NCBI GenBank assembly: GCA_965249575.1
Contig: OZ252244.1
Location: 768,001 to 832,000, forward strand
Reading direction: 5' to 3'
DNA from: Gemmatimonadales bacterium
Lineage (GTDB): Bacteria > Gemmatimonadota > Gemmatimonadetes > Gemmatimonadales > GWC2-71-9
DNA: 64,000 bases
Position 1 is the first letter of the stretch. Every line of letters starts with the position of its first letter. A model generated the notes under the pieces. It was not told the DNA's origin, did no database searches, and was given only the letters and a program-made list of their open reading frames with translations. Below are positions 10,718-28,870 of this stretch, piece by piece. A program made the position numbers and the translations under genes.

Positions 10718-10932
10718 GTCGCCCTTTCTCGTAAAACCGTCCGAATGCGCGCGATATTGCGCCGGAGAACGCGAATCTGAGCCGTGTTTTCAATGGCCTC
10801 CGTCGCCGAACGGAACGTCAACCGGAAGCGGGCCTCCCGCAGCTTCGCCAGCTCCGCCCGCAATTCCTCATCGGAGAGTTCGCGAAGTTGCTCGCCACGC
10901 ACGGACCTGCTTTCCGGATCGCTCAGCGCCAT
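10714..10932 (-). CDS. rpmC: 50S ribosomal protein L29
   Basis: LRELSDEEL...RRNIARIRTVLRE; position between rplP and rpsQ. Confidence 0.95.
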   Translation of the reverse strand: MALSDPESRSVRGEQLRELSDEELRAELAKLREARFRLTFRSATEAIENTAQIRVLRRNIARIRTVLRERAT

Positions 10933-10936
10933 CGTC

Positions 10937-11350
10937 TCACACTCCTTCTCGGACGACGAAACGCGTCCGGACCGGGAGCTTTGCGGACGCCCGCTTCAAC
11001 GCGCGCTTGGCCACGTCCTCCTTGATGCCCTCCAGCTCGAACATCACGCGTCCCGGCTTCACCACGGCGACCCACCCCTCGGGATTCCCCTTCCCCTTAC
11101 CCATTCTGGTTTCCGCCGGTTTCTTCGTGATGGGCTTGTCCGGGAAAATGCGAATCCAGACCTTGCCACCCCGCTTCATCTCCCGTGTCAGCGCGACACG
11201 AGCCGCCTCGATCTGCCGACTGGAGATCCATCCCGGGTCGAGACTCATGAGTCCAAAGTGCCCAAACGCGACCGTATTGCCACGCGTAGCAAACCCCTTG
11301 GTTCGCCCCTTCATTTGCTTGCGGTACTTCACGCGCTTCGGCGCCAGCAT
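10937..11350 (-). CDS. rplP: 50S ribosomal protein L16
   Basis: PKRVKYRKQ and ETRMGKGKG. Confidence 0.98.
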   Translation of the reverse strand: MLAPKRVKYRKQMKGRTKGFATRGNTVAFGHFGLMSLDPGWISSRQIEAARVALTREMKRGGKVWIRIFPDKPITKKPAETRMGKGKGNPEGWVAVVKPGRVMFELEGIKEDVAKRALKRASAKLPVRTRFVVREGV

Positions 11351-11353
11351 CCC

Positions 11354-12013
11354 TCAGGCTCCTGTGCTATACGTGCGGCCGCGCGCGTCTTCGACGACCT
11401 CGCCCTTGAAGATCCAGACCTTCACGCCGATGGTGCCGTACGTCGTCTTGGCCGTGCTCGTGGCGTAGTCGACGTCCGCACGCAATGTGTGCAGAGGCAC
11501 CCGGCCCTCGTGATATCCTTCGGTACGCGCTATCTCGGCCCCCCCCAAACGCCCGGAGGTCCTGAGTTTGATGCCCTGGGCACCCATGCGAGACGCGCTC
11601 TGGACCGCTCGCTTCATGGCTCGCCGAAAGGACACCCGCTGAGTGAGCTGATGCGCCACGCTGTCCGCGACGAGCTGCGCGTCAAGCTCCGGCCGCTTGA
11701 TCTCTTCGACGTTGATACCCACTTCCTTGTTGGTCAGCTGGGCCAACTCATCCCTGAGCTTATCGACCTCCGCGCCGCGCTTTCCGATCACGACCCCGGG
11801 ACGGCCGGTGAAGATCGTTACGGTCACCTTGCCGGGTTTGCGCTCGATATGCACGTCCGAAATCGCGGCGTGCGCGAGCCGCGTCTTCAAGTACTTCCGG
11901 ATGAGCTCGTCCTCTCGCAGGAGCGTCGGGAAGTCCCTGCCCGCGTACCATCGGGACCGCCATGGCTTGATCACACCGAGACGGAAACCGTAGGGATGGG
12001 TTTTCTGGCCCAC
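11354..12013 (-). CDS. rpsC: 30S ribosomal protein S3
   Basis: [13 protein letters not shown] and [10 protein letters not shown]. Confidence 0.98.
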   Translation of the reverse strand: MGQKTHPYGFRLGVIKPWRSRWYAGRDFPTLLREDELIRKYLKTRLAHAAISDVHIERKPGKVTVTIFTGRPGVVIGKRGAEVDKLRDELAQLTNKEVGINVEEIKRPELDAQLVADSVAHQLTQRVSFRRAMKRAVQSASRMGAQGIKLRTSGRLGGAEIARTEGYHEGRVPLHTLRADVDYATSTAKTTYGTIGVKVWIFKGEVVEDARGRTYSTGA

Positions 12014-12366
12014 TACTCCTCCTTGGCGGCCACGCGAATCTCGACGTGGCTCATGCGTTTCCGAATCGGCGCCGCCCTGCCCTGTGCGGCCGGACGATAC
12101 CGTCTCAGCGTTCGACCCTCATTCACCACCGCGTAGTCCACGTACAACCGATCGACGTCGAAGGCCGTGTTGTTTCGCTGCGCGTCCTGTTCGGCATTCG
12201 CCACAGCGGAGTGCAGGACCTTCTCGATCTGCTTAGCGGCTCCCTTCTTCGAGAAGCGCAGCAGGGCGTAGGCCTCATTCACGTTCTTGCCCCGAATCGT
12301 GTCGATCACGAGCCGCATCTTGCGTGCGGACTGCCGCACACCTCGCTGGATCGCCCGGGTTGCCAT
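12013..12366 (-). CDS. rplV: 50S ribosomal protein L22
   Basis: Start at the ATG at 12366; [15 protein letters not shown] and AQGRA. Confidence 0.96.
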   Translation of the reverse strand: MATRAIQRGVRQSARKMRLVIDTIRGKNVNEAYALLRFSKKGAAKQIEKVLHSAVANAEQDAQRNNTAFDVDRLYVDYAVVNEGRTLRRYRPAAQGRAAPIRKRMSHVEIRVAAKEE

Positions 12367-12367
12367 A

Positions 12368-12667
12368 CTACTTCGGGCCGCCTGCCTCAGCCTTGCGGTC
12401 CGCAGCGAGCCTTCCGCTGTGGCCGCGGAACAGACGCGTGGGAGCAAACTCACCCAGCTTGTGCCCCACCATGTTCTCCGTGATGTAGACCGGGATATAC
12501 TTGTTGCCGTTGTGTACCGCGATCGTGTGTCCGACGAACTCTGGTGTGATCGTCGATGAGCGTGACCACGTCTTGAACACCCGCTTCTCGTTCCGCTCGT
12601 TGAGCGCGTGAATCTTCAAGAACAGCGATTCCTCGACATACGGCCCCTTCTTGATGCTCCTAGCCAT
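12368..12667 (-). CDS. rpsS: 30S ribosomal protein S19
   Basis: RSIKKGPY and [13 protein letters not shown]. Confidence 0.98.
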   Translation of the reverse strand: MARSIKKGPYVEESLFLKIHALNERNEKRVFKTWSRSSTITPEFVGHTIAVHNGNKYIPVYITENMVGHKLGEFAPTRLFRGHSGRLAADRKAEAGGPK

Positions 12668-12681
12668 CCGTACCGACCCTC

Positions 12682-13521
12682 CTACTTAGTCGCTTTCCCG
12701 CGCTTTCGCCCGCGGACGATGAGCTTTTGACTCGCCTTCTTGCGGTGCCGCGTCTTCTTTCCTTCCGGCTTCCCCCACGGGCTCGTCGGCGGGCGTCCGC
12801 CGGACGTCCTACCCTCGCCCCCGCCCAGGGGATGGTCGACGGGATTCATTGCGACGCCCCGAACGTGCGGTCGCCGCCCCAGCCAGCGGGTCTTCCCCGC
12901 CTTGCCGATGCGAATGAGCTCGTGCTCAGCGTTACCCACCTCGCCAATAGTCGCAATACACTCCTGCCGCACCATGCGGATCTCCCCGCTCCGGAGCTTG
13001 AGCGTCACGTGGTGGCCCTCTTTCGCCATCACCTGCGCACCAGTTCCGGCCGCCCGACAGAGTTGGGCTCCCTTGCCGATCTTCAACTCGATGCAATGGA
13101 CGGTCGTACCAAGCGGCATCTCTCGAAGCGGCATGGCGTTGCCCGTGCGGATATCGCTACCAGGTCCCGCGACGACGGTGTCGCCCACGCGAAGCCCGCG
13201 GGGATGGATGATGTACCGCTTCTCACCATCCGCATAGACCACCAGCGCGATCCGGGCAGTCCTATTGGGGTCGTACTCGATCTCCGCAACCCGGCCCGGC
13301 ACTCCCAGCTTGTTGCGTTTGAAGTCGATCCGCCGATACCGTCGTTTGTGACCGCCCCCGCGATGGCGCACCGTGAGGTGGCCCTTGTTGTTCCGCCCGC
13401 CGTGCTTCCGCAGCGGGGCGACGAGCGACGACTCGGGCTCGGACCGAGTGATCTCGGCGAAATCCGACACCGATCGTGAGCGTGTCGCCGGAGTTACCGG
13501 TCGGAACTGTCGCAGGCCCAT
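12682..13521 (-). CDS. rplB: 50S ribosomal protein L2
   Basis: EYDPNRTA and [17 protein letters not shown]. Confidence 0.98.
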   Translation of the reverse strand: MGLRQFRPVTPATRSRSVSDFAEITRSEPESSLVAPLRKHGGRNNKGHLTVRHRGGGHKRRYRRIDFKRNKLGVPGRVAEIEYDPNRTARIALVVYADGEKRYIIHPRGLRVGDTVVAGPGSDIRTGNAMPLREMPLGTTVHCIELKIGKGAQLCRAAGTGAQVMAKEGHHVTLKLRSGEIRMVRQECIATIGEVGNAEHELIRIGKAGKTRWLGRRPHVRGVAMNPVDHPLGGGEGRTSGGRPPTSPWGKPEGKKTRHRKKASQKLIVRGRKRGKATK

Positions 13522-13524
13522 GCT

Positions 13525-13812
13525 CTAGCCCTCGAAGACGTCGATGGAATCTTCTTCGTGCAAGCGCACGAAGGCCTTCTTCCAGCGCGGGCGCCTGCCC
13601 TCGGACCGCCCCATCGTACGGCGCTTGGAACGCTGTTGAAGGGTACGAACGTGGATCACCCGGACACCGAAGAGCTCCTCCACCGCGGCCCGTATGTCGC
13701 GCTTGGTCGCCTGTGGGTGCGCCTCGAACGTGTATTCCTTCCGGGCCGCGAACGCCGCCGACGACTTTTCCGTCACCACCGGGCGAAGCACGACACCGAA
13801 CAGATCAGGCAT
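13525..13812 (-). CDS. rplW: 50S ribosomal protein L23
   Basis: Start at the ATG at 13812; PVVTEKS and WKKAFV. Confidence 0.96.
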   Translation of the reverse strand: MPDLFGVVLRPVVTEKSSAAFAARKEYTFEAHPQATKRDIRAAVEELFGVRVIHVRTLQQRSKRRTMGRSEGRRPRWKKAFVRLHEEDSIDVFEG

Positions 13813-14599
13813 CGCCGCCTCCCTTCGTCTTGCCGCCGCGCGTTCCCTTCTTGGCCACCCGCTTCGTGCTCTTCTGTTTCGGAGCGGCAGCCTTGGCACG
13901 CTTCACCGCTTTGCCCTTACTCCGAGCTTGCGTCGCCTTCTTCGCCCGCTTCTCCCGCGCAGTGGGCTTCTTCGCCGCCGAGCCGGCAATCGCGTGACCT
14001 CCGATCGCGTCCTCCTCAACCACCAGCACGTCCGCCCAGAGTAGGTCGTATGCCGCAGCCTCCGTATAGGGCAGCACTCGTACGCGTGGAATGTTGCGGC
14101 TCGACCGGTAGACGTCGGGGCGATGACCCGTGGTCAGCAAACACACCTTTCGACCGGTCAAGCCGAGCTTAGCGAGCAAGCCAGCCACTTCCCGCGTTTT
14201 CGGCTCCTCGAGCGCCAGACGCTCGATGACGTACAGCGCTCCGTCGCGCGCGCGCGCGTTCAGCGCGGAAACGCGGGCTAGGCGGCGCACCTTGCGCGGA
14301 ACATCTGTTCGATAGCTCCGCGGATGCGGGCCAAAGACGACGCCGCCACCCCGAAAATGCGGAGCGCGGATGGATCCCTGCCGCGCGCGACCCGTGCCCT
14401 TCTGGCGCCAGGGTTTCTGGCCGCCGCCGGACACCTCGCTCTTCGTCTTCGTCGCGTGTGTCCCATGACGCCGGTTCAACAAATGGGCGCGCACCGACTG
14501 GTGGAGCACGGCCTCGTTAACCACGCCGTTGAATTCGTCCGGCAGCGCATAGCTACCCCTGGGCTGAGCCGACGACGAGAAGTGCTGGGCCTCAAGCAT
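13805..14599 (-). CDS. rplD: 50S ribosomal protein L4 with a Lys/Ala-rich C-terminal tail
   Basis: Start at the ATG at 14599; [15 protein letters not shown]. Confidence 0.97.
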   Translation of the reverse strand: MLEAQHFSSSAQPRGSYALPDEFNGVVNEAVLHQSVRAHLLNRRHGTHATKTKSEVSGGGQKPWRQKGTGRARQGSIRAPHFRGGGVVFGPHPRSYRTDVPRKVRRLARVSALNARARDGALYVIERLALEEPKTREVAGLLAKLGLTGRKVCLLTTGHRPDVYRSSRNIPRVRVLPYTEAAAYDLLWADVLVVEEDAIGGHAIAGSAAKKPTAREKRAKKATQARSKGKAVKRAKAAAPKQKSTKRVAKKGTRGGKTKGGGDA

Positions 14600-15230
14600 A
14601 CCGGCTGCTTCCTCCCTGCTTCTTGACGAGGACGATCCCCGTTGCCGGGCCCGGCACGGCCCCTCTGACGAATAGCAGGTTCCGCTCCGCATCGACCCGC
14701 ACGACGCTGAGGCCCAGCGCGGTCCGGCGGACGGATCCCATGTGACCCGGCATCTTCTTGCCCTTGATGACGCGCGACGGATTCGTACCCGGCCCGAGGC
14801 TCCCCGTCCGGCGGTGGCGCGTATTCCCATGGGAAGCCGGCCCGCCGCTGAATCCGTATCGCTTCACGACTCCTTGAAATCCCTTACCCTTGCTCGTTCC
14901 CACGACTTTCACGATCTCGCCGGGCTCGAAGATGTCGACGCGAATCACCTCTCCAATTGCCGGTGGCTCCCCAGCCGACACGTCAAACCGTCGAATGATC
15001 CGCGGCGCCGTCTCGAGACTGGCTGCCTTGACATGGCCACGCATCGCCCGTGTCGTGCGCTTGGCTTTGCGATTCCCGAACGCGAGTTCCACCGCCGGTG
15101 CGCCCCCGCCCGACGACCGGACGTGGATGACGGGGCACGGTCCGGCCTCGATGACCGTCACCGGGGTTACCCGCCCCTCCGCGTCGTACACGCGCGTCAT
15201 GCCAAGCTTGCGACCGATGATGCCGTTCAT
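14592..15230 (-). CDS. rplC: 50S ribosomal protein L3
   Basis: [19 protein letters not shown] and KMPGHMG. Confidence 0.98.
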   Translation of the reverse strand: MNGIIGRKLGMTRVYDAEGRVTPVTVIEAGPCPVIHVRSSGGGAPAVELAFGNRKAKRTTRAMRGHVKAASLETAPRIIRRFDVSAGEPPAIGEVIRVDIFEPGEIVKVVGTSKGKGFQGVVKRYGFSGGPASHGNTRHRRTGSLGPGTNPSRVIKGKKMPGHMGSVRRTALGLSVVRVDAERNLLFVRGAVPGPATGIVLVKKQGGSSRYA

Positions 15231-15233
15231 GGA

Positions 15234-15542
15234 CTATTCGACCTTGATCTCGACATCGACGCCCGCTGGCAGATCGAGCTTCGTGAGCGCATCCACGGTT
15301 TGGGATCGAGAATCCGTGATGTCTATCAAGCGCTTGTGCGTCTTCAGTTCGAATTGCTCCCGGCTCTTCTTGTCAATGTGCGGACTCCGGAGCACCGTCC
15401 AGCGCTGAATCTTGGTAGGAAGTGGGATTGGCCCGGACACCTTCCCTCCAGTCTTCTCAACGGTGCGCACGATGTCGGCTGCCGCCTGATCGAGTACCGC
15501 GTGATCGAACGCTTTCAGTCGAATTCTGATTTGACCGGCCAT
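15234..15542 (-). CDS. rpsJ: 30S ribosomal protein S10
   Basis: [10 protein letters not shown] and [14 protein letters not shown]. Confidence 0.98.
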   Translation of the reverse strand: MAGQIRIRLKAFDHAVLDQAAADIVRTVEKTGGKVSGPIPLPTKIQRWTVLRSPHIDKKSREQFELKTHKRLIDITDSRSQTVDALTKLDLPAGVDVEIKVE

Positions 15543-15570
15543 CGCTTGGTCTCAGTCCGTTCGTGGCTCG

Positions 15571-16778
<1,208 letters not shown>

Positions 16779-18908
16779 CTATCCCCTGATCTTGCTGATG
16801 ATCTCGTCCGCCTTGGATTTCGGCACTTCCGAGTACTGCGAAAACTCCATCGAATAGGTCGCTCGCCCCTGCGTCATCGATCGGAGCACCGTCGAATAGC
16901 CGAACATCTCGCCGAGCGGCACACTGGCCGCGATGACCTGCGCGCTCCCTCGCTGCGTCATGCCGCCAATCTTCCCGCGCCGACCGCTCAGGTCGCCCAT
17001 GACGTCCCCCATGTAGTCAGCCGGGGTCACCACCTCGACGTCCATGACTGGCTCCAAGAGCACGGGCTTCGCCCGACCCGCAGCCTCCTTGAACCCCATC
17101 GAGCCGGCGATTCGGAACGCTACCTCGCTGGAGTCGACGTCGTGCGAGCTTCCGTCGATTAGCTCGACTCGGACATCAACAACCGGATAGCCGGCAAGCA
17201 CGCCGTTCTCGAGCGCCGCCTTGACACCCTGCTCGACCGGGCCGATGTACTCGCGCGGCACGGCCCCCCCAACGATCTTGTCCTCGAAAGCAAACCCATG
17301 TCCCGGCTCCGTGGGCTCCAGATTGATGACCACGTGGCCGTACTGCCCGCGGCCGCCCGACTGCCGCACGAATTTCCCCTCGACGGCCTCGACCCGTTCG
17401 CGGACCGTTTCCCGATAAGCAACTTGCGGGCGACCCACGTTCGCTTCGACCTTGAACTCCCGGCGCATCCGGTCGACGAGCACCTCGAGGTGCAACTCGC
17501 CCATCCCGGAGATGATGGTCTGTCCGGTTTCGGGATCCGAGCGTACATGAAAGGTGGGGTCTTCCTCTGCCAGCTTCTGGAGCGCGACACCCAGCTTGTC
17601 CTGGTCCGCCTTCGTTTTAGGCTCGATCGCCACGGAGATCACGGGCTCCGGAAACCGCATGACCTCGAGGATGATCGGGTCGTCCTTGTCGCACAGGGTA
17701 TCACCCGTGCGGGTCTCCTTCAGCCCGATCGCCGCGCCGATATCGCCCGCGCGTACCTGTTCGATCTCCTCTCGCTTGTTCGCGTGCATCTGCAACAGCC
17801 GTCCAACCCGCTCGCGGCGGTCTTTGCTCGAGTTGTAGACGTAGGAACCGGCGTTGAGAGCTCCCGAATACACCCGGAAGAATGTCAACTTCCCGACGTA
17901 GGGATCGGTGGCGATCTTGAAGGCCAGCGCGCTGAACGGTGCCTCGTCCGAAGGGGAGCGCTTCACGAACGTATCGTCGTGATGTGGCAGGTGCCCCGAT
18001 ATTGCGGGGACATCAAGCGGGCTCGGGAGGTAGTCGATAACTCCGTCCAGCAGGCGCTGGATGCCCTTGTTCTTGAATGCGGCCCCGCAGAACACCGGGA
18101 CGATGTGTCCGTCCACGGTCGCGGTTCGCACCGCCCGCCGGACCTCCCCCTCGCTCAGCTCCTGGCCCTCGAGGTATTTCTTGAGCAACTCCTCATCGTG
18201 CTCGACGGCCGCTTCGATCAATTGATGCCTGAGCCCCGCGGTACGCTCCCGGAATGCTTCGGGAATGGGGCTCTCGACCCATTTGACGCCCAGAGATTCG
18301 TCGTCGTACACGACCTCGACCTGGCGCACCACGTCGATGAGACCGGTAAACAGCTCGCCGGAGCCCAGTGGGAACTGCACGGGATAGGCCTTGGCGCCGA
18401 GCTGGTCCCGTACCATGGAAAGGCAGCGGTCGAAATCAGCCCCGACTCGGTCCATCTTGTTCACGAAGACGATGCGCGGCACCCGGTACCGATCGGCCTG
18501 ACGCCAGACGGTCTCGGTTTGCGGCTCGACCCCGCCGACCGCATCGAGGATGGCGATCGCCCCGTCGAGGACCCTAAGCGAGCGCTCGACCTCTACCGTG
18601 AAATCCACGTGCCCGGGCGTGTCGATGATATTGATCTGGTAGACATCGTCTGACCGCTGCCACTCGCAATAGGTGGCGGCCGAGGTGATCGTGATCCCCC
18701 GCTCCTGCTCCTGTTCCATCCAATCCATCGTCGCGGTTCCCTCGTGGACCTCACCGATTTTGTAGGTGCGGCCGGCATAGTAGAGAATCCGCTCGGTGGT
18801 GGTCGTCTTCCCGGCATCGATGTGGGCCATGATGCCGATGTTACGTATCTTCTCGAGCGCCGTCTTCCGTCCCGAAGCAGGCACCGTTTGTACTTTCGGA
18901 CTGGTCAC
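16779..18908 (-). CDS. fusA: Elongation factor G
   Basis: [15 protein letters not shown] and DTPGHVDF. The start is uncertain: GTG at 18908 after GGGAGG, or GTG at 18884. Confidence 0.97.
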   Translation of the reverse strand: MTSPKVQTVPASGRKTALEKIRNIGIMAHIDAGKTTTTERILYYAGRTYKIGEVHEGTATMDWMEQEQERGITITSAATYCEWQRSDDVYQINIIDTPGHVDFTVEVERSLRVLDGAIAILDAVGGVEPQTETVWRQADRYRVPRIVFVNKMDRVGADFDRCLSMVRDQLGAKAYPVQFPLGSGELFTGLIDVVRQVEVVYDDESLGVKWVESPIPEAFRERTAGLRHQLIEAAVEHDEELLKKYLEGQELSEGEVRRAVRTATVDGHIVPVFCGAAFKNKGIQRLLDGVIDYLPSPLDVPAISGHLPHHDDTFVKRSPSDEAPFSALAFKIATDPYVGKLTFFRVYSGALNAGSYVYNSSKDRRERVGRLLQMHANKREEIEQVRAGDIGAAIGLKETRTGDTLCDKDDPIILEVMRFPEPVISVAIEPKTKADQDKLGVALQKLAEEDPTFHVRSDPETGQTIISGMGELHLEVLVDRMRREFKVEANVGRPQVAYRETVRERVEAVEGKFVRQSGGRGQYGHVVINLEPTEPGHGFAFEDKIVGGAVPREYIGPVEQGVKAALENGVLAGYPVVDVRVELIDGSSHDVDSSEVAFRIAGSMGFKEAAGRAKPVLLEPVMDVEVVTPADYMGDVMGDLSGRRGKIGGMTQRGSAQVIAASVPLGEMFGYSTVLRSMTQGRATYSMEFSQYSEVPKSKADEIISKIRG

Positions 18909-18935
18909 AGCCGCCGGCGTCCTCCCTGAACAGCG

Positions 18936-19038
18936 AAAAAGCGGGGCGACCGTCATCCGAATCGGACAGGTCTCGCTCCGCAATCGTCCCGAGGCTTCCG
19001 CCCCTAGGACGCGGGATCCCTTAAGCAGGGTCCCGTGC
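18936..19038 (-). promoter_or_regulatory. Three-hairpin structured rpsG-fusA spacer ending in a terminator-like stem plus U5
   Basis: Stems at 19011-19038, 18986-19010 (GGAA loop) and 18941-18981, the last followed by TTTTT on the minus strand. Confidence 0.5.
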
Positions 19039-19059
19039 TTGTCGAGCTAAGGGACTAGG

Positions 19060-19530
19060 TTACCACCGATAATGCGCGAAGGCGCGATTCGCCTCCGCCA
19101 TCCGATGCGTGTCGTCTTTCTTTTTGACGGCGTTCCCCTCGCCCTTCGCCGCAAGCATCAACTCGGCGGCCAGGCGCTGCGCCATCGTCTTCTCATTGCG
19201 CGATCTCGCGAATTCCAAGAGCCAGCGCATCGCTAATGCGTTCCGGCGGTCCGGCCGCACCTCCACCGGGACCTGATACGTCGCCCCTCCCACCCGCCGG
19301 CTCTTCACCTCCACGACCGGTTTCACGTTGCTGAGCGCCTGCTTGAACACATTGACGCCCGGCTGCCCCGCACGCTGCTCGATGAGATCCATGGCCCGGT
19401 AAAAAATCCCCTCGGCCAACGATTTCCGCCCCTCGAGCATCATCGCATTGACGAATTTCGATACCGTCTGGCTATCGTAGCGCGGATCCGGTGGGACCGG
19501 ACGGCGAACGGCTCGCTGGCGCCGGCTCAC
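19060..19530 (-). CDS. rpsG: 30S ribosomal protein S7
   Basis: [12 protein letters not shown] and [13 protein letters not shown]. Confidence 0.98.
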   Translation of the reverse strand: MSRRQRAVRRPVPPDPRYDSQTVSKFVNAMMLEGRKSLAEGIFYRAMDLIEQRAGQPGVNVFKQALSNVKPVVEVKSRRVGGATYQVPVEVRPDRRNALAMRWLLEFARSRNEKTMAQRLAAELMLAAKGEGNAVKKKDDTHRMAEANRAFAHYRW

Positions 19531-19898
19531 TTCGGTCTCTTCGCGCCGTACTTGGATCGGCTCTGCTTGCGGTCGGTCACGCCGGCGGCGTCCAGCGTCC
19601 CCCGTATGATGTGATACCGCACGCCCGGCAGATCTTTCACGCGCCCGCCCCGGATCAACACGATGCTGTGCTCCTGGAGATTGTGTCCCTCACCGGGGAT
19701 GTAGCTCGTCACCTCGAATCCATTCGTCAGCCGGACCCTGGCCACCTTCCGGAGAGCCGAGTTGGGCTTCTTAGGCGTTGTCGTATAGACCCGCGTGCAC
19801 ACCCCGCGCTTCTGGGGGTTTCCCTTCAGCGCCGGCGCCTTTTCCTTCCGCGGGACAGCTTTGCGCCCCTGTCGAACCAACTGATTGATCGTGGGCAT
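19527..19898 (-). CDS. rpsL: 30S ribosomal protein S12
   Basis: [20 protein letters not shown] and [12 protein letters not shown]. Confidence 0.99.
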   Translation of the reverse strand: MPTINQLVRQGRKAVPRKEKAPALKGNPQKRGVCTRVYTTTPKKPNSALRKVARVRLTNGFEVTSYIPGEGHNLQEHSIVLIRGGRVKDLPGVRYHIIRGTLDAAGVTDRKQSRSKYGAKRPK

Positions 19899-19922
19899 GC
19901 ACCTCCACCCGGTTCCCGAACG

Positions 19923-19990
19923 ACCGAACCACCCCGAAGGGTGGTTGGTACACAGACTTTAAACGTAGATACCGCAACCGCCTGGGTCAA
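19923..19990 (-). promoter_or_regulatory. Sigma70-type promoter of the str operon plus a UUCG leader hairpin
   Basis: TTGACC (19990-19985), 17 nt, TACGTT (19967-19962), then AACCACCC-TTCG-GGGTGGTT. Confidence 0.65.
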
Positions 19991-19997
19991 GGGCGCG

Positions 19998-24290
<4,293 letters not shown>

Positions 24291-24302
24291 GGATCGCCCC
24301 CT

Positions 24303-27300
24303 TTATTCGTCGCCGTCTTCGGTGGCTCCGAGCGTCACCCGAAGCCCCAACGCTTGGAGCTCCTTGACCAGGACGTTGAACGACTCTGGGATTCCGGGCT
24401 CCGGAAGGTTTTGCCCCTTCACGATGGCCTCGTACACCCGGCTCCGTCCGTTCACGTCGTCCGATTTGACGGTCAGCATTTCTTGTAGGACGTGGGCCGC
24501 TCCATACGCTTCGAGCGCCCACACTTCCATCTCACCAAACCGCTGCCCTCCGAACTGGGCCTTGCCCGCCAGGGGCTGCTGGGTCACCAAGCTGTACGGA
24601 CCGATCGACCGGGCGTGGATCTTGTCATCGACGAGGTGAGACAGCTTCATCATGTACAGCGACCCAACCGTGACCTCCGACGCAAACCACTCGCCAGTGC
24701 GCCCGTCACGTAGGCTGCATTTGCCGGTGGGCGTGAAACCAGCCAGCCTCAGGAGTTCCCGCGCCGCCGCTTCGACATCGGCCTCGCTCTTCGGGCCCAG
24801 AAGCCCGGCGAGGGACGGAAGCCCCATGTGCTTCAGCCGGTCCCCGGCGCTACCGCCCAGGCCCTTGTCAGCCTCCTTGACGCCCTGCTTGAACGCGGTG
24901 CGCTCCTGCTTGGAGAGCTCTTCGGTGCGCTCGAGCTGATCCTCGTGGTAAGCCCGCTGATGCTCGGCCTCGTCCTGCCCGCGATTCGCCAGCTCTTTGG
25001 CCGCACCTTCGAGGTAGTCACGGGCGGCATGGTACGCGTCGCGGGTCGATTGGTTCAGCGACCGGCTCGCCAGAGCATCGAGCGACACCGTCCCTAGCTC
25101 CGGATGCCCGTTTTGATGGTGCGACTGCAGGCGCCCGATGTCGTCGACGAGTTGCCGCAAGGTACCGGCATCAAACGAGGGAGCCTCTGCGGCAAGGCCG
25201 AGCGCGTTGCGGGCCCACGCCAACCCCGCCAAACGTAGGAGGATGCCGAGCTCGGCCTCGTCCGCGCCTTGGAACACTGGCGTCTTGGCCTCAAACCCGA
25301 GGACCTGGGCCGCCCATCCCAAATGCGTCTCGAGAATCTGGCCGACATTCATGCGGCTCGGCACACCGAGCGGATTGAGGACGATGTCGACCGGTGTCCC
25401 ATCCGGAAGAAACGGCATGTCCTCCTCCGGAACAATCCGAGCGATGATGCCCTTGTTCCCATGCCGGCCCGCCATCTTGTCACCCACGGCGATCTTGCGC
25501 TTCTCGGCCAGATAAACCTTCACCAGTTGGATGACACCGGGGGGCAGCTCGTCCGGCTGGAGGATCTTGTCGATCTGGTCTTCCGCCTTCTCCTCGATCT
25601 TGGACCGCTCCCGGTTCGCCGCGTCGATGGCCGCTCGGACGGCTTCATTCACCGTCGTCGAGACGACTCGAAGTGTCTTGATGTCCACATTGGGGAAGTG
25701 CACATCGGCAAGCACGGTCTTCGTGAGCTTGGACCCGGCGGGCAGATATTCCTCGACAGTGCCGTTCTTGAGCATCATCGCCACTTCCTGGCCCTGCAAG
25801 AGCTCGGTCAGCTCTTCGAACAAGACGGAGCTGATCCGGGCCTTCTCATCGTTCTCGAGCCCCCGGACCTCGCCGATTCGCTCACCACGGTCCTTCTCTA
25901 CGACTTGGTCTTCGATGCGTGAGAAGATCTTGACGTCGATGACCACGCCCTCCATGCCCGGCGGGATCTTGAGGGACGAGTCTTTGACGTCCTTTGCCTT
26001 CTCCCCGAAGATGGCGGTCAGGAGCTTCTCTTCCGGGGACAGCTCCGTTTCGCCCTTTGGGGTGATCTTACCGACCAGGATATCGCCGGGCTTCACGTGC
26101 GCACCGATGCGAATGATCCCGCGCTCGTCGAGATCGACGAGCGATTCCTCTGACACGTTCGGGATCTCGCGAGTGATTTCCTCCTGGCCCCGTTTGGTGT
26201 CGCGAACGTGGAGCTCGAGTTCTTGAATGTGGATCGAGCTGTACACGTCGTCCTTGACGAGCCGCTCGGAGAGCACGATGGCGTCTTCGAAGTTGTGACC
26301 GTACCAAGGCATAAACGCCACGATGACGTTCGCTCCGAGCGCGAGCTCTCCCCGGCTCGTTCCGGGACCATCGGCGATGATGTCCCCAGCCGTGATGACT
26401 TGCCCTTCGCGCACGAGCGGCCGCTGGTTAATGGCGGTGTCTTGGTTGGTCCGCCAGAATTTTTTCAGGCGATAGCGATCGTGCTGCATGAGCCTCGCCA
26501 GCGGCGTCTCGCCCCGCTGGGCGCCCTCAAGTCCCGTATCGACGATGATCTCGTCTGCGGTTACGCGACGGACCACGCCACTGCGCCGAGCGATCACGAC
26601 GGCCCCCGAATCACGGGCGACTTTCTCCTCGAGGCCGGTCCCGACCAGCGGGGATTCCGGAAAGAGGAGCGGCACGGACTGGCGCTGCATGTTGCTGCCC
26701 ATCAGTGCTCGGTTGGCGTCGTCATGCTCGAGGAATGGAATTAGCGCGGCGGCAATCGACACGAGTTGTTCGGGAGCGACATCCATGAAGTCGATACGCT
26801 CCGGTGCGGTCAGGGGGTAGTCGTCCCGCTTCCGGCACAGCGCCAGCTCGTTCACGAATTTCCCATCGTGATCGAGCGGGGCGTTCGCCTGCGCGACCGC
26901 ATATTCCTCTTCTTCGGAAGCCGAAAGCCACCGGATCTGATCGGTCACCCGCATTCGCTGGACCGCCCGATACGGCGTCTCGATGAATCCGAGGCTGTTG
27001 ACCCTGGCGTAGGTCGAGAGGCTCGTAATCAGGCCGATGTTCGGGCCCTCCGGCGTCTCGATCGGGCACATCCGGCCGTATTGCGAGTAATGCACGTCCC
27101 TGACCTCGAACCCCGCGCGCTCCCGCGTAAGACCACCCGGACCCAGCGCGCTGAGCCGCCGCTTGTGTGTCAGTTCTGCAAGGGGATTCGTCTGATCCAT
27201 GAACTGGGACAGCTGGGAGCTCCCGAAGAACGCCTGAATCACCGCGCTGACGGTCCGTGCGTTGACCAAGTCGTCCAGTGTGATCTTCTCGGGATCGTTG

Positions 27301-28799
27301 TTGATACTCATCCGCTCCTTGATCAGCCGCGCCATGCGCGATAGACCCACCGAGAACTGATTCGCAATCAGCTCGCCGACAGTTCGGACGCGCCGGTTGC
27401 CGAGATGATCGATGTCGTCCGTGTAGCCGCGGCCCTCGGAGAGCTCGACGAGATACCGGATGATCGCGACGAAGTCTTCCTGCGTGAGCACCGTATGGTC
27501 CGGCGGAACGTTGACCTTGAGCCGCTGGTTGATCTTGTACCGACCCACTCGACCAAGGTCATATCGTTTGGGATTGAAGAACAGCCGCTCGAGCGCCGCG
27601 CGCGCGGTCTCGAGGTTTGGCGCCTCCCCGGGGCGCAGCAGGCCGTAGATCTGTTCCAGAGCCTCCGCTTCGGTCGTGGTGGGGTCCTTGGCGAGCGTGT
27701 TCTTGACAATCTGCGATTCAGCACGCGCCGACCCCAACAACACGTCGACCTTGAGCACCCCGGCCTTCGTCAACTTCTTCTTGAGATTGTCTGTGAGTTC
27801 CTTGCCCGCGTCAGCCACGATCTCGCCGGTCTCCGGATCCGGCACGTCGAATGCCAACACCTGTTTCTCGTCTCGCTCCCGCATGGTGGTGGGCCGATCT
27901 TCGTCCCGCAGGTCGAGGGTGGCGTAGCGCGCGAAGATTCCCACCGCCTTCACCCCGGCCGATCGCAGCGAATTGTACCGCTCGACCGTCAGCTCCTCCC
28001 CCTCGTGAACGAGCGGCTCTCCTTCTTTCTGCTCCGGATCCGCAACGGGTTCCGCCACCATTGCCCCCAGCACCTCCCGCCGCAGGGTCCGCTCGTCCAC
28101 CTTCCGGGTGAGATCCAACGGCTTGGTCGCGTAGAACAAGCGGAGGATCTCTCCGTTGGTCCCGTACCCGAATGCCCGCAGGAGGGCGGTCGCCGGGAAC
28201 TTCTTCTTCTTGTCGATGTGCACGTAGACGACATCGTGGATGTCGACGGTGAACTCGACCCATGATCCCCGGAACGGGATGATGCGGGCGCTGTACAGCC
28301 GCTGCCCGTTCGGGTGAATCGACTCCTCAAAGACGGCGCCGGGAGAGCGGTGGAGCTGGGATACGACCACGCGCTCCGCCCCGTTGATGACGAAGGTCCC
28401 GAGCTGCGTCAAGATCGGGAGCTCCCCGAGGTAGACTTCCTTCTCGATGATGTTCTTGGGACGTTTGGCGCCGCTTTCGAGCGTCTCGTTCACGACGAGC
28501 CGCAGTGTGGCCTTGAGCGACGCCGAGTACGTCATGTCCCGCTCGATGCACTCTTCGACGGTGTACTTCGTCTCCCCTAGCGCGAACTTGTCGAACTCGA
28601 GTGAGTAGTTCCCGTTGACGTCGGCGATGGGGAAGACTTCGTGAAAAACGCGCTCGAGCCCAACATCGCCCTCTTGCTCCGTTCCGTCCGGACTGAGTAG
28701 CGCGGAAAACGACCGCGTCTGGATGTCCAGCAGGTGCGGCATGGGCATGCCTTGCTCGAGCTTCCCAAAGGAAATGACCGGCAGTGTATTTTTTGTCAT
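24303..28799 (-). CDS. rpoB: RNA polymerase beta subunit
   Basis: [25 protein letters not shown] and [14 protein letters not shown]. Confidence 0.99.
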   Translation of the reverse strand: MTKNTLPVISFGKLEQGMPMPHLLDIQTRSFSALLSPDGTEQEGDVGLERVFHEVFPIADVNGNYSLEFDKFALGETKYTVEECIERDMTYSASLKATLRLVVNETLESGAKRPKNIIEKEVYLGELPILTQLGTFVINGAERVVVSQLHRSPGAVFEESIHPNGQRLYSARIIPFRGSWVEFTVDIHDVVYVHIDKKKKFPATALLRAFGYGTNGEILRLFYATKPLDLTRKVDERTLRREVLGAMVAEPVADPEQKEGEPLVHEGEELTVERYNSLRSAGVKAVGIFARYATLDLRDEDRPTTMRERDEKQVLAFDVPDPETGEIVADAGKELTDNLKKKLTKAGVLKVDVLLGSARAESQIVKNTLAKDPTTTEAEALEQIYGLLRPGEAPNLETARAALERLFFNPKRYDLGRVGRYKINQRLKVNVPPDHTVLTQEDFVAIIRYLVELSEGRGYTDDIDHLGNRRVRTVGELIANQFSVGLSRMARLIKERMSINNDPEKITLDDLVNARTVSAVIQAFFGSSQLSQFMDQTNPLAELTHKRRLSALGPGGLTRERAGFEVRDVHYSQYGRMCPIETPEGPNIGLITSLSTYARVNSLGFIETPYRAVQRMRVTDQIRWLSASEEEEYAVAQANAPLDHDGKFVNELALCRKRDDYPLTAPERIDFMDVAPEQLVSIAAALIPFLEHDDANRALMGSNMQRQSVPLLFPESPLVGTGLEEKVARDSGAVVIARRSGVVRRVTADEIIVDTGLEGAQRGETPLARLMQHDRYRLKKFWRTNQDTAINQRPLVREGQVITAGDIIADGPGTSRGELALGANVIVAFMPWYGHNFEDAIVLSERLVKDDVYSSIHIQELELHVRDTKRGQEEITREIPNVSEESLVDLDERGIIRIGAHVKPGDILVGKITPKGETELSPEEKLLTAIFGEKAKDVKDSSLKIPPGMEGVVIDVKIFSRIEDQVVEKDRGERIGEVRGLENDEKARISSVLFEELTELLQGQEVAMMLKNGTVEEYLPAGSKLTKTVLADVHFPNVDIKTLRVVSTTVNEAVRAAIDAANRERSKIEEKAEDQIDKILQPDELPPGVIQLVKVYLAEKRKIAVGDKMAGRHGNKGIIARIVPEEDMPFLPDGTPVDIVLNPLGVPSRMNVGQILETHLGWAAQVLGFEAKTPVFQGADEAELGILLRLAGLAWARNALGLAAEAPSFDAGTLRQLVDDIGRLQSHHQNGHPELGTVSLDALASRSLNQSTRDAYHAARDYLEGAAKELANRGQDEAEHQRAYHEDQLERTEELSKQERTAFKQGVKEADKGLGGSAGDRLKHMGLPSLAGLLGPKSEADVEAAARELLRLAGFTPTGKCSLRDGRTGEWFASEVTVGSLYMMKLSHLVDDKIHARSIGPYSLVTQQPLAGKAQFGGQRFGEMEVWALEAYGAAHVLQEMLTVKSDDVNGRSRVYEAIVKGQNLPEPGIPESFNVLVKELQALGLRVTLGATEDGDE

Positions 28800-28810
28800 A
28801 AACCCTCACA

Positions 28811-28870
28811 CAGCACAAATGGCCCCGTCACGCCCACCGGGATTCCGGTGGCCGCCGGCTCGGGGCGATT
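28811..28870 (-). promoter_or_regulatory. Hairpin in the rplL-rpoB leader (attenuator-like)
   Basis: Nested stems GCCCCG/CGGGGC and CCACCGG/CCGGTGG followed by CATTTGTG; an attenuator at this position is known in E. coli. Confidence 0.4.
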
